Notes: generated from the letters alone by a model not told the origin. A stretch of 64,000 nucleotides of DNA from Marsupella aquatica (GCA_973895155.1 OZ316895.1:2529659-2593658); one strand, 5' to 3'; counted from the first letter of the stretch, positions 23,744 to 37,160 are shown. Translations and numbers: made by a program.

Positions 23744-26700
23744 CTAGTCATTACCCGGGATGAGGGATAATGATCTTAGCCCAATAGAACGTCGATGTTT
23801 CTCAAATAGTTGGCGGCCAACAGCTTTGGTGAAGATGTCGGCATGTTGTTCATCAGAAGCAATGAATCTGAGTGCAATTTCTTTTTCGAGAATACGTTCA
23901 CGTACAAAATGATGCTTGGCTTCAATATGTTTGGTTCGTGCATGGAAGATTGGGTTGAGTGCCAAATTTGATTGAGCCTTGGTTGTCGCAATTGAGATGA
24001 ATGTCTTGTAGAGTTGGAGTAGAAGCATGTGCGAGGTCGGAGTTGATGTAATGATTCTGGCAACCAAGTTCCACAGACTTTGTAGGTGGAGGAAGAACGT
24101 TAAGTTCAAGCAGCATGCGTCTGAGATAAACAACTTCCTTGGTAGCTTCACTGAGTGCCTTGTACTCAGCTTTGGTGGTGCTATCGGATACAGTAGACTG
24201 GCGTTTACTGGACCAAGAAACTGCTCCATCAGCAAGATTGAAGACATAGCCGCCAGTGGATCTTCTAGTCTCGATGCAACCCAAGTAATCAGCATCGGTA
24301 TAACCAGAAAGGGTAATCTGAGATCCCAGCTTGAAGAAAATGCCATAGTCAACAGTTTTCTTAATGTAGCGGAGGATGTGTTTCATTGCATCCATGTGTT
24401 GTTGTTGGGGCTAGGACATAAATCTCGCCACCATACCGACAGCATACGAGAGATCAGGTCGAGTATTAGTAAGGAACAACAACTTTCCTACAATTTGACG
24501 ATACTCAATAATGTCAACAACTCCAGTACCAGTATTAGACTGAGTCACAAACCCATCAGGTAGTGGGGTGTGCTCAATTCAACAGTCTGCCATGTGTAGA
24601 TCCTCAAGAATAGGTTGAGCATAGTCATGTTGATGCATTAGGAGACCCTGATCAGATCATATAAACTGGACGCCAAGATACTTGGTGATCGTACCAAGGT
24701 CCTTCATCTCATATTTTTGCTGAAGTTGCTGCTTAACTTCAGACATTTTTGTTGGACTATTGCCTGTGACAATCAGATCATCAACATAGAGAAGGAGTAG
24801 AACAATTGTTGGGCCATCATGTAGGAAATAAAGATTAGGGTCCGCTTGACTCCGAATCCAACCCTGGGACCTTAAATATAAATCTATTTCATGATACCAA
24901 GCACGTGGAGATTGTTTTAAACCGTATAGAGACTTTCCGAGCTTACAAACCAAATGTTCACTACCCTTGACCTCAAAGCCTTGCGGTTGAAGCATGTAAA
25001 TAACCTCTTCAAGATTTCCATTGAGGGAAAGCAGTCACAACGTCCATATGTGAGATGGGCCAACCAAGAGCTGCAGCAATAGCTATGATGGTCCGAAGAG
25101 TTGACCAGCGCACAACAGGTGCAAAGGTTTCGTTGTAGTCGATACCGTATTGTTGCTCAAAGCCACGAGCAACCAATCTTGCCTTTAATCGAGTCCTTAC
25201 TGCAGAAGTTCCATTGTTAATGGGTTTAGCTTTGTAAACCCATTTAGTTGAGAGAGCGTGCAGGCCAGGAGGGAGTTCAGCTAGTTCCCATGTTTCCTTT
25301 TTGATTAAGGAATCAAATTCTTCCACCATAGCTGCATTCAAGCCTGGATCAGAATAAGCCTTGTCAAAGGTAAGTGAATCAGTTACTGGATCTCCTGTTT
25401 CAACCACAAACAAATCAACATTGTCAGGTAGATATAGTTCATGATCGTGAAATTTACTTGGAAGTTTCCCACGAGTTGATCTGATCGAGGCCCTTGTAGC
25501 TCGTCTAGTAGGAGGTGGTGACTCATGAGCAACTGGAATTAAATCCAATCTTTCTTCTGCATTATCAACATCGGGTTGAATTGGATCTTGAGCTCGGTCT
25601 TCAGGAGCAGCATCGTAAGTAGCATCATCAGCAGCATTACCATTATTGTGAGCAACATCATCAGTAGCATGTAAAACCGGGTCTTGAGCTCGTGCTTGAT
25701 CCCTCTCTGGCTCGTGTGGAGCCACTGACGAGTCAAGGACAGGTAGTAGATGATCAAAGAAGGAAGGATCAGGTGCGGGAGAGTTAAAGGAGCCAGGGGA
25801 ATCCTCTATACAGGCAACATTGGGGCTAATAAGAATTTTTCGACTAACAGGGTCAAAGCAGCGATAGCAATTAGTCTGAGAATCATAGCCAACAAAGACT
25901 GTTGGAATAGCTTTGGCTTGCAATTTTGTAGGAAATTTGTCAGGAATATGAACAAAGGCAGTGCAGCCAAGAACTCGTAGATGAGAAAGATCGGGCTTGA
26001 CACCGGTTAGTGCTTGAAACGGTGTAGAGAGATGGAGTGCACGAGTGGGGCAACGGTTGAGAACATAGGCGGCTGCACTGAGTGATTCCATCTAGAGAAA
26101 GCTGGGGAATTTTGAATCAATAAACGTGGAGCGAGCTGCTTCTAGCAAGGTATGGTTTTTACGTTCAGCAACACCATTTTGGTGTGGAGTGCTAGGGGCA
26201 GTGAGTTGACGCCTAATGCCATGAGTTTGGCAATAAGTACTAAATTCTTGGGAGAGATATTCACCGCCTCGATTTGTCCGAAGAGCAAAAATTTTGGTAG
26301 AGAACTGTTTCTCAACCATCATTCTAAACTCTTTGAATTTAGTGAAAGCTTCACTTTTGTGAGTAAGAAAATATACCCAAGTAAACCGGGAATAATCATC
26401 AATGAACGTAAGTAAATACTTGTGACTAGATGAGGTGTTCACCTGTCCACATAAATCAGAGTGGATGAGTTGAAATGCGGCATTAGAGCAAGTACGAGAT
26501 TTCTTGGGAGCTCGTTTGCTGTGATGCTTAGCCACTATACAGGAGGAACATTTTCTTTTGCATAGAGGAAGAGTTGGAATGCCGGTTGCTAGATTGTGCT
26601 TGGTCATGTGATATGCTGACTGAAAATTGATGTGGCTTAGACGTCTATGCCAGAGATCAACAAGATCAGTGGACACTTGAGTGATCTCGAGTGCATGTAA

Positions 26701-28199
26701 AACATCCGGTGAAGCAGCAACCAAGGGGGCAACCGGTTGGCGCTGTTGAGTTGCGGTCAAGTGTTGGAGATGCCGAGAGAACCGAGAAATCTGCTCGCCA
26801 GGTAAAGTAGTTGATAGTCGATAAAGTCCATTTCGTGGATTTCGAGAAGCTTTGAGAGCCACAAGCTGTGGGTTGTCTCGATCAAAGACGTCACACTCTT
26901 TGGAGTCAAAAAGAACAAGATAACCAGAGTCGGTTAGCTTTCCAACAGACATGAGATTCTTGTGTACACCTGGCACGTAAAGAACATTGCTCATTGCTTT
27001 ATTATCAACCTTAACTGTGCCCTTTCCCAAAATCGGGAGTTTAGAGCCAGCGGCTGTAGTGACAGCAGGACCATACGAGGTGCTAGGGACAAACTCAGAT
27101 AATCCTTCTTGAGCTCCAGCAATGTGATTGCTAGCGCCAGAGTCTAGGTACCATTTTGGTCCTAGTTCGGTAAGATTGGCAGTAATTTCTCTTGAGGTCG
27201 GGTCAGAGAAATCTACATGGTCATGAACGTTGGCGTCAACTGTCTCGGTGAGGTGGGCCTGTGGTTTGAAACGACGTAGGCCAGATGCACGGAGCTGGAG
27301 CTGAGCAATCTGATCATCCACTTTCTTCAGGTCACAGTCTACTTCCCAATGGCCTGGCTTGTTGCAGAGTTGCATGCTCCGACCCGGCCCCTGCCACGAT
27401 CAGCTCTCCGGTCAGTTTGGTGGTGGAAATGTGGGCGCTGGTTCTGAGCACGAAAGCCACGACCCCTTCCATATGAAGGATTACGGAAGCGAGTCATGAC
27501 CAAGGCTTGTTCTTGGGTATCATCCTGATACCCACGGCGCCAGTATTCTTCGGCCTGGAGTCTTTCCGTCAGGTTGGCATAAGTTGGTTGAGGATGCCTA
27601 GAAAGATCAGAGCCAAACACAGAAATAAAGGGACCCCAACTCTTTGGAAGTCCGCGAAGTACAACATACATCAGCCTGGTCTTATCAACAGGTGCATTCA
27701 TGATCGAAAGTTGATTGGTGAGGTCCTCAATCTCTTTTAAGAAATTTTCGACGTTAGTGCCTTCAAGCATACGGACAGACTGCAACTTGTTTTTGATTAG
27801 CAGCCTTCGTTGGATCAGATCGCCTCCAAACCGTTGTTTGAGATGATTCCATCCCGCAACTGGATCATTTGAGTAGGTCAGAATCGTGGGCAGGAACTGG
27901 TCCTGCACAGTCGCCATCAAGATTGACTTTGCCTTTACCTTGAGTTGGCGGATCTGCTGAGGGGTTCGTTGAGGATGTTGGACCCGGGGAACGTTGTCGC
28001 CTTCTTGATCAGCATCGTCCTTCTCAACGTCACCTGCAGGAGAGATCAAGTTATTAGCATCGGTATCTTCTCCTGCAAAGTTGAGCTCATCCCAGACTTC
28101 ATCGCGTTCTAGTAAAGTCTGCACACGGGCACTCCAACTAATGTAATTCTTGGACCCTTCGAGCTTAGCATTGTCATTGAACAAGCGGGCTAACTCCAT
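23744..28199 (-). pseudogene. Copia-B gag-pol polyprotein (gag, CCHC knuckle, protease, integrase, RT, RNase H) with frameshifts and a stop
   Basis: KLEGSKNYISW; C/QLCNKPGHWEVDC (knuckle broken by a 1-nt deletion); WYLDSGASNHI; LWHRRLSHIN; IHSDLCG; PHQNGVAERKN; KARLVARGF; SLYGLKQSPRAW; LLYVDDL; GYTDAD; CDNQG; ADIFTKA. Confidence 0.95.
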
Positions 28200-28345
28200 C
28201 GCTATTTACTCTAGCTACTGAGGGAGAGCTTCTGGCTGATATCCACGGCAGACAGACTCTTTAGCTAGCTAGACGCTTAGAGACTTCGCTTCTAAGCGGA
28301 CTTCTCCTCTAACTCTCTAGGACCATATCTGGAGCTCTGATTCCA

Positions 28346-28642
28346 TGATAAGATTTAGAGATAGAACTTAATACAAATCACCTGTAAGCCCCTGGATAAA
28401 TACTAGAGGGGAAGGGAGGGTGAGCCGCCCAAGAGCCACAAAAGGCTAATCCAATAGATAAGCAGAAACGACACCTAGAAGCTACAAGTTAACAAAGGGC
28501 CCCATGCGGATAGTTATGGGATTACCAAGGGATAAGCAGGATCCTGATGATCCTGATAATGTAATCGCCACACGATAGTAAACAGCTAAGATCAAGTTGC
28601 CACAGGGAGTGGCGTAAAGTCTGGTTGACCATATATTCAACA
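28346..28642 (-). repeat. 5' LTR of Copia-B (297 bp)
   Basis: Direct repeat of 22853-23154, abutting the PBS on one side and the TSD on the other. Confidence 0.95.
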
Positions 28643-28871
28643 CCAGAATGTAACCTGTTAGAGAATTTCGTACAGATGTGAACACGCCCCAACTAGAGAT
28701 GAGACTTTTACACCTCAGTGAACCGAATATGAGAAAACGTGTTTGCTCATGTTGTAGCTCTGTAGATTTGAGATACAGTTATAACCTCAACGACGGAAAT
28801 GTGATGCGCGAGAATAGAATTGAGTGCATCCTTTACCTACAGTATGTATGAATCGTGAAGACAGCTCGGTG

Positions 28872-29066
28872 TGAACAAGAAATTTCTAAACATGTACTCT
28901 TTCTATTCAAGTCAGTGTCAGCATTGGAAGGTACTGCAATGGTTGGCTAATTGTCTTGTAAGCAATGAAGTTGTGAACAAGAAAGTTCTGAACATATTGT
29001 CGTTTTTCTGAAAGTGATTCGAACGTAGTCCAATGGTTCGTTCATTGCCTTCTAAGCAAGAGTTGT
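28872..29066. repeat. Old tandem duplication of ~100 bp
   Basis: GTGAACAAGAAA.TTCT.AACAT ... CAATGGTT.G.T.ATTG.CTT.TAAGCAA..AGTTGT occurs twice in tandem. Confidence 0.65.
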
Positions 29067-30250
29067 TAGCAATGTGACCAAATCGGGGTGGGGTGATTGA
29101 CTCTTATTGAGGCACAGATTCTCTCTAAATCTGCAGTTCTGTTTCTACAAGAATGACAGTATAGGGTTTAGGGTTTAATTCAATTTCACGGCATTGCCTC
29201 GAGATCTCTGCCTCAAGCTCTCAGACAAAATCAAGTGCCTAAAGATCTCTGCCTGGATTCTTCAACCACGAGTCACTGTGTCCATGTTACGGTCTTTTTC
29301 CGGGCTAACCTTAAGATCTCTCCTTCAAGATTTCCACCGTGAGTCACTGTCGCGCGATGCCATGATTGTTCTTTTTTCGGGATAACAACAGAGATCACCC
29401 TTCGTTTCACCCAGGTTTAATTGCAGAGGTCATATCTTGCTACCGTGGTCGCCTCACTGTCCAGGAACAGCAGATATTGCCAGGGGGAGGAGAGATAGAG
29501 TCTGACCTGCAGACCCGGAGTTCGTTTCTAGCTATCCCAACATTGTAGCAACGATCGCTATGAAGGAGAGGTTGGCACATTCTGCATTCGATGCGTGAGT
29601 TACGGCATTCTTATCTGCCGTCCAAATTTCGGGGCACGGTGGTCCACGGCTTTGAAGCGACCAGACGCGAATCAATTGCTGACATCTAGATAAGTCAGGT
29701 GTAAATAAATTGGTCTCGATCCGGAAGAATCCCGTCAAAGATATTATTGTACAGCCACATCAAGGAATGGAGGAGCAGTTATCTGCAGAACGAAATGGCC
29801 AAATTCTCCCCGAGTAAGATGTGTTGCCGAGGTATTCCTGCAGCGAACTGATTTGGTTTCGGCAGTGTACGTTTTATGCATAGTCGTGTCATAGTCAATC
29901 GCAAAAGTCGCAACAAGCACGGTGAGGGTGCCTTTCTTCAGGCAGGCCAAGGCAAGCCATAGGAGAAATGTTTTTGAATAGCTTTTATCTTACTATAACT
30001 CAAAAACACAAGACACTACATTCTGGCGCACTCCACAAGCTTAAGATTACCGGCAAATCTTTCCTAGTCCGAGCCGAATTCCAAATTGATGAGTAACTTC
30101 CTTCCGTTACATGAACTGTCTAGATGTACAAAAAAGAGTTTTGTGATGTGACGAGCAACTAGTCTACAATTAACATACGATCCTACGACAAGTCCTGCGC
30201 GCGGTTAGCGCTGGTGAGTTTCAGGAATTGCATGTCTGAAGCATTTCTGA

Positions 30251-31290
30251 CTACTTAAAGAAGCCGTGTTGTTTGCGAGAATCGGGATGTGCGGCAGCGT
30301 CCTCTTTGCGCTCGGTGGACACCTGATGGTGCTCGTAAACGGCATAGCCTCCTGCGCCTAGAGCTGCTACTCCTGCAACTGACTCTTCAATGCGGTGTCG
30401 TTGTGCATTCTGAGGGTCCACCTTCACCTGGTGCTGCTCATACTGTAACGGAACAATCAAACAATGTCAAAATCCAGGAAAATGCTCACCTAAGGCTCAC
30501 CCATGGAGGCACAAAAGAAATTCGTGCCTGCCAGTAGATCATGAGCGATAATTTGAAGGGACAAGATCGGGAAAAGACAGGACAAAATTGAAAATGCTGA
30601 TAATTGACAACAATGCCGCGTCTCGATTAGTGCCTGAGCGTGTCCATCTAGGCTACTGAGCAAGTGCATCTTTGAAGCAACCAGCAGAGAAACTGAGGTT
30701 GCATTTTATTCACTTGTCAACAATCGAGGCAGAGTGGAAAAGGCTCTTACCAAGGCAAAGGCGCCGGACGCGAGAGCTCCAACCTCTGCAAGATGTTCGT
30801 TTCTCTTCTGAGATTTCTCTAGAGCGGCGCGTTTCTCTGCTTCCGCTCTGCTGTCTTGAACGAGTGTCGTCGTCGACGAAGCATACTGAGCCGGATACCC
30901 AGCCGGACCTCCGGGTTGTGCGTAGCCGCCTTGTTGTGGATAGCCAGGTTGTGCGTAGCCGCCTTGTTGTGGATAGCCAGGTTGTGCGTAACCGCCTTGT
31001 TGTGGATAGCCAGGTTGTGCGTAGCCACCGCCGTAAGGCGGTTGAGATCCGTAAGGCGGTTGAGCTCCGTAAGACCCAGCATACCCCGCTGGTGGACCTC
31101 CAGACTGCTCATAGCCGGCTTGGTAGCCAGCTTCGTAGCCGCCGCCGTGAGACGGAGGAGATCCATAAGACCCCCGGTTATATTCCTGGTCGTGATGATG
31201 GTGCTTCTCCTCCTTGTGATGGTGCTTCTCCTCCTTGTAGTGGTGTTTCTCCTCGTCATGCTTGTGGTGCTTATCATGGTGGTCCGACAT
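30251..31290 (-). CDS. ASR: ASR (abscisic acid-stress-ripening) / ABA_WDS domain protein with His-rich N-terminus and G/Y/P/Q-rich repeats
   Basis: Exons 31290-30751 and 30442-30251 (GT-AG, phase 0). [16 protein letters not shown]|[39 protein letters not shown] matches the ABA/WDS consensus, with the intron at the position typical for ASR genes. Confidence 0.88.
30913..31031 (-). repeat. Coding 33-bp tandem repeat ([11 protein letters not shown] x ~3.5)
   Basis: Near-identical GGTTGTGCGTAGCCGCCTTGTTGTGGATAGCCA units. Confidence 0.95.
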
Positions 31291-32486
31291 CCTGTCAAAT
31301 TTGAATACTCTTTCTCCCTCCTTGGCCTCGACTCTAGCTCTCAATTACAGCAGTATCAGAAACTCCCTTCAGGTCGATCGATCACACAAAGTAATCTGCA
31401 GCTCTCGTAACCTTATAACGATCCAGCAAGCCACCGGTGATCTCAATCAACAGGCCTCACAATCTACGGAGCATGCACTACCTGCTGCACTTTAAGCTTG
31501 GACTAACGCTCGTCTCTGTCAACGTGCAAGCATTTCACAGCTGGTGATATTCGGGGGTCAAGTGACACAAACACCGGCCATCTGGAGGATTTGTAGCTTT
31601 AATTCACCGTGTGATGGAACTTTCGAGCCTGCAACCTTCACACATCAACCAGTTGAGGAGATTTACTTGCACAGACAATGTGCGCTAGGTGCCGTCGGAA
31701 ACTCGTACCCGGTCAAGTCACACAAAGAGAGGACTCGTCCAGATAATGCCGGCCGGGCCCCAATGCAGCCTCTGCACTTTGAATTTTCCCGTCCGTCGAG
31801 CTCTACCTCCCCGCACCGGCCTCACGGGCTCACGGCCCGGTGTACTTCGGAATTCGATTGGACGGATGATGCCAACATCATTATTATCTTCAGCAGCTGA
31901 CACAATCATACACCGACGCCGAAATGGCGAAATCCAAATCTCACGCAGAGCAGTCACCGCGTGCAGATCCAAATAAAATATCCCTTTCCATTTCCGGATC
32001 CCCGTGTCGTGCGTCCGGATTGTCGCCTGCACATGTGAAGCACAGATTTGCAATCAGAGTCGGTCTAGGCACATCTGCTTCTAGTCTTCGACAATGTTTT
32101 CAGTCACCACCTTTACTGGGTTTAGCTATTTCGGAAACCACTACCTGGGAAGGCACCGTGTCGATTTTGAAGGTAAGCGAGGGGAAAGGACACATTCGTC
32201 TGTCCTGATTCGTCATTCCAGGACGTGTTTCGGGAATGGGTTACCATCTTGCTCGGTGGGCTTCAGCGCCACCGACTTCGCATCGAGGAGCTGAACATTG
32301 GGCGGAGATTGCGCATTGGCTGGACGAGCATGTATTGTTGTTGTATTCAGCACGACTCACACACGCTCTCCCTTAGTGCTGAAGTTATGAGTGTACTGTG
32401 GAGTTGGATCGGGTTCCATCACACCCTCAGCCCCACTAGCCTAGGGCCCTCGAAACATTCCTCAGAAACTGTACGTGAGACAGTAA

Positions 32487-32805
32487 GGCAAGGTTCCATG
32501 GGGCTGGGAGTGAGGAGTGCACATGCCTCTCAACATGTTTTGAGCCAACAATAAAAAAATCACAACTTTTCCAGGGAATGAGAAATGTACAAATACCATA
32601 AAATAGGGAGTATGATTTTCCCTCACACTCCCTCTTAAACTCTAGAGACACCCCTTGCCTTGTATAGTGATAGTCCAGTTGACTCTAAAGTCAAAATTCA
32701 TACCTTTAAAATACTGTGTACACATTGGTATATGGTGTATTTTGGGCCTAGCGGGTGTCAGAGGGAGTGATTGTACTCCCTGACCCTGGCCCATGGAACC
32801 TAACC
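32487..32805. mobile_element. Tourist-like (PIF/Harbinger) MITE, 319 bp
   Basis: TAA TSD (32484-32486, 32806-32808). TIRs GGCAAGGTTCCATGGG and rc GGTTAGGTTCCATGGG (14/16), extending imperfectly to ~45 bp. No coding capacity. Confidence 0.85.
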
Positions 32806-35494
32806 TAATAGGGTGAAGATATAGTCCGGCCTAGTTAGAAATATCAAGGATATTCCTTATTTATCATTGAACTAGTTTGCCTTTTGAAGCAAAAAATAAA
32901 AATTAGTGATAGACTCTTGAAATGATAACTTCTGCTAATAGGATATAATACTATTATTCAGGATAACCTTAACTCAAGCATAAGTTAGATTTGAGAGTCT
33001 CTAAAATTATCCGATACTAAATAGTTCCCACTAATAGCGGGAAAGCCCAACCAGGGATGACTTTTGCATGACGGCTCCGGGGACAGGTTATGCTAAGTAT
33101 CCGCTTTGAGCCTTGCAAAGGTGTCTCCCGCATGCCAACATTGGCAAGTTTGGGCCCAGGAATCGCCACACATTGTGGATGGCACAGATCGACCTGTTGA
33201 GAGACATATGTGTGTATGGAAATGACAGAAGACCATTGCAGATCATTGCATGTTCCAAATTGGGTGGGGATGCTAACCGGGTATAGCCCGCTACTTACGA
33301 GCTGGCCCGCCATTAAACTTGCTACTCACATATATTACCCTAGTTGCAAATGGCACAACTAATGGGAATGCTCTAAGGCCTTTATTCCATCAGCCCACAA
33401 GCTAGCGTAACCCTCTTCTGGGTGAAGGAAGTAAAGTGGATAGCCCAACGGTCCACCTACTCTCAATTTAAAGTAGAGGGTCACCCTGAACCCCAAAGCG
33501 GCTGTGATCAGAGTTTGGAGATGGACAGGTGACACCCGGGGACCCTACTTGAAGGGGGTGGTGGAATACAGGCTCAATCCTTCATGGTTACCCTCTCATG
33601 AAAGAGTCTGCACAATGACCCATGCCAGGCTGCCCATCATTTTTTGACACCCCCACATGTTATAGCTGATGGAAGATGGGCTAGCCTGCCGCTTACGTGG
33701 CTATCCTTGCCCTCACTTGACTGCAAGAGGAACCACCTGCCCTTGTAGTAGACAGTAGGGGCAAGCTGGCACAAAAAGTGGAATTGTCAAAACTTTTGAG
33801 GCTTGAAACTGTCTCTAGTCATCTTAGAGTACTTGTGGTGAACCCTAGGGTGGGTGGTCCCAGCGTACCACTTCCGCAACACGTCAATGTGGCTATCATT
33901 GCTACCCGTGCAATTGACTATAGCTTGAGATCTGTAGATGATCTCAAGGAGCTAGTGGATGCATTGCAACGCGGGTGATGACGACTGCCAAGGGGGAATG
34001 AAAAGCTGGGTCCTAGCATAGGGTCAAGACACTACATCTATGACTCTTCCTTGTGATCCAACATGCTACTACATTGAGCATCCACGTTGTCATTGGGTGT
34101 AGTTGATAGAGGAATTCATTCAGCAACCTAGAGGCTATTGAGACATTTCTATGCCATAAGGAAGCCCATCAGTGTCACTCTTTCAAGTGGTAGACATTTA
34201 CTTTTAAGTCTAGGGTTACAACTGTAACCGTAGTTAGGGCTGACCTTAGTTGCAGATGTGATTAGGATTAGTCATTCTACATACTATATCTAAAGCAGTG
34301 TTTTCTTGGATAGGAGGAACTTGGGCTCATTGTTAGCCAGTCCGAGGAGTGAATCTTTGGAAATGATATTCACTTTTTGTGAGGGATTCTATGAGGAGTT
34401 TTGGCATGAGCAGTGAATTACCGCTATTGGGAGTAACACTCACTTTTGTGAAGGACATTTTGAGTTGTTTGGGTATGAGTGGCAAATTCCCAGTTTGGGA
34501 AAGACCTGAGTAGTTTGGCATGAAGAGCCACTTACCAAGGTTAACTAATTGAAATCGGCTGCATGGTTAGAGCCTATTTACAGGTCATAGTTCAGTCAAA
34601 ACTATGAAAGGTGCTATCGGAGGATTTTGACATTGTGTGCCTGCCCATTTACAGGTCAATCAAAACTATGAAAGGTACTACGGCCTCATAGCTTTGGAAA
34701 CCAGTCCAGGCTTCACCAAACCCTTTCGTCCATCCTGAAGTTTCTTCAAAATATGCAACAAATTGAAAAGGTTCTCTCCTGGTTTCCCTTCTCTAGTGTA
34801 TCTATGGGTACGTTTGCCTTTCCCTCCTACCCTTCTGTACGTAAGTACTAGTGCATTCCTGTACTGTCCTTTATTTGGAACCTTCCTTGCTTTTCTCCAA
34901 TTTTAAAGCATCCAAGGCTCTTTGCAATGAAGGATCATGCTATTTGAGTTTATCCCCAAATTTTCTACTTATAAAATATGCAACATCTGAGCGCAGATGG
35001 AGATAGGTACTTTCCCTGTGCTGTCCTTGATTCTAACACTCTTCCAAGGCAGAACTATGCTGTTTGAGTTTAGCCAATTTTTTCCTCTCACCAATATGCA
35101 GCTTATGAGCATTTGAAAGGGGCAGTTATCACCTTGACTCTCACACGAGCCAAGGACAACCGCACTTCAATTTCCATCATTTTTTCTAACTGAAGTTTCT
35201 GAGATTTTACACATTTTTGAAGGTCTCCAATTAGTCCTGCAATAAGTGAGCATGTTGTTGAACGTGACCAAGCTCTCCTGTTTGGAGTTGCATGTCAGTA
35301 ATAATGGAATGAACGTGGTCAGTTCTCTCTAATTGCAAAACCTGGATAACTTAGGACAGTGATATTTTTGGGCTCTCACATTTGAGAGGGGTCAATGAAA
35401 TGTGTGAAAATCACAAAATGAATCAATGAATACACTGAAATAGAGTATTCAATTCAGTATTTTTCTCATAAGAGTCTGCCTTAAGTTTCAGTCA

Positions 35495-35540
35495 CAATTC
35501 CCGGGCCTCCAATTCCTGGGCCTCCAATTCCTGGGCCTCA
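35495..35540. repeat. 15-bp minisatellite (CAATTCCYGGGCCTC x3)
   Basis: Three consecutive near-perfect units. Confidence 0.85.
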
Positions 35541-35949
35541 CATTCTGTGCCTGACCAGTCTTACATTCAGTGCCTGACCAATAGTTCCCACTGCCCAGGG
35601 TCACAACACTCCCGGACAAGATCAAGAGCGAAAAGTCACTGGATTTGAGACATCCTAGTGCTATGCGTATAAATATTTATGAGCGCCACTACCCTGAGTA
35701 GAATCGAGAGTTTGTTTGTTGGCACCCTTTTTGGGGTTCTGCACAAGCTTGAAGCACCCAGAACCAAGAGGAAATGTGTCTGTGGAAGTCATAGCAATCA
35801 TCACAAAGATTATGGTTAGCCACAGCGAAGGAATTCGTCACGCAAAATCTAATAATTTCACACATGCACGCAGCTCCGTAGAGGTCGGCGGAGAACAAAA
35901 CCGACAGTCTACGAATGGCGTAGATAATCTAGACGGGTTGAGGCTACTG

Positions 35950-37160
35950 TCTACGTGCGTATAATGAATTGAATTGATTTCGCACATATCGCCTTGGACT
36001 ACAGATCTACATCGCCTTGCTCACCCACACGTCTACCCGCCAGCTGCCTCGCTCTCTGTAAGTCCAGGCATGACGATGGCTATTTCAGCAGAACCTCGTT
36101 TCTAATTGCGCAATGTTTCTCGAAGAAAAGGTGAATTAGGACATTCATCGTCGTGGAAGTTAGTAATTTAAAAGCTGAAGCAGTTCGCAAAACTTAATTG
36201 TATATATTTGGACCGACCGCAAGCTGAATTAACCGACATTGTATATGGCTTCTCTCGTATGTGCAGAAAGGCTCCGATCGATGAAATCACCATAATTTTA
36301 TTATATGTCTCGCGTAAGTGCGGGAGTGCGCAGTAGGTCATGGTGGCAAAGTCCGCAGAAATCTGTGTCCTGTCCTTACTCCGTCCATTGCCAGACTCGA
36401 GAAACAACAACTGATCAGAATAATCAGACGACAATCAAAGAATTATAATTAATTATTCAGTTGATCGTTACTGCGAACTGCTTGTGTAGTAGTGTGAGAA
36501 AGAAGAAGTAGTTAGTACACGTTGTCCGCGTTGTTGACAAGGTGATACACCCCATGCATTCAGTTTACACCCACTTAATCATTCCATCCATATACCGCAC
36601 GCACCACGAAGTTGAAAGGATTCAGATGACAAAGATTGTGAGAGAATCCATATGGCCGCTGTAAGTTGATTCATTGAACCCCAGAACTTACAGCCGCCAT
36701 ATCTCCGATGGCGGCGTCAATCTTCCAGTAATCCAGTGAGGTGACGTCCCCGACGACGGCCTGAGCGTCAAACACGCACATACTGACGGCGTGTTCAGCC
36801 ACGGCCTCCAGCTGCCCGTTGCACCGAGCCAGCAGCACCAGTCGCGAGCCCTTCTTTCGCGTACTGCTACCGTGCTACGCGATGTGCTGCCATCATTATT
36901 ACGACAACTACCAAAGACGACCATCAAAATCGGGACTCGTCGACGGTCGGATGGGGGCTCGCTGGAGCGCAAATTAATCTTGTCCCGGCTTCACTCAGAA
37001 TGCTGTTGGGGAAGTTGTGAGTTCACGTACTGTCAAAATGAAGGAAACTGACTCATGATACTTACTTCGATTCTATGGTACTAGTAGTACCTACAACAGT
37101 ACAGTACTTAATTACCTCTCCGGACCAATTCGCGAAGACTCATCACGGAACTGACCGCAC
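35950..37160 (-). pseudogene. Decayed 11-beta-hydroxysteroid dehydrogenase-like / steroleosin SDR pseudogene
   Basis: Ordered minus-strand remnants SSRIG..E|gt, HIA*..QYAK/KGSRLVLLAR.NGQLEAVAEHA..VVGDVT, YHLVNNA, TYCALPHLRETYNKIMVISSIGAFL and FFE/ETLRN*..IAIVMPGLTESE follow the plant HSD1 motif order, with stops and frameshifts. Boundaries are approximate. Confidence 0.7.

Larger units (their letters stand above)
22853..28642 (-). mobile_element. Ty1/Copia LTR retrotransposon B (full length, defective) with an antisense extra ORF
   Basis: TG...CA LTRs at 22853-23154 and 28346-28642. TSD CCAGA (22848-22852, 28643-28647). PBS TGGAATCAGAGC (iMet-like, 1 mismatch) at 28334-28345. PPT TTGAAGAGAGGG at 23155-23166. 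Confidence 0.96.

Noticed and set aside
27339-27375. Apparent programmed gag-pol frameshift in Copia-B
   Set aside because: The shift breaks the CCHC knuckle and there is no slippery site; best explained as a 1-nt deletion.
29162-29177. TAGGGTTTAGGGTTTA telomere-like repeat
   Set aside because: Only two units; a common telo-box-scale motif, not an interstitial telomere.
30672-31410. Long overlapping ORFs around ASR
   Set aside because: Alternative-frame shadows of the 33-bp coding repeat.
33000-34560. Possible decayed gag or zinc-knuckle remnants
   Set aside because: Too degenerate; no motif could be read with confidence.
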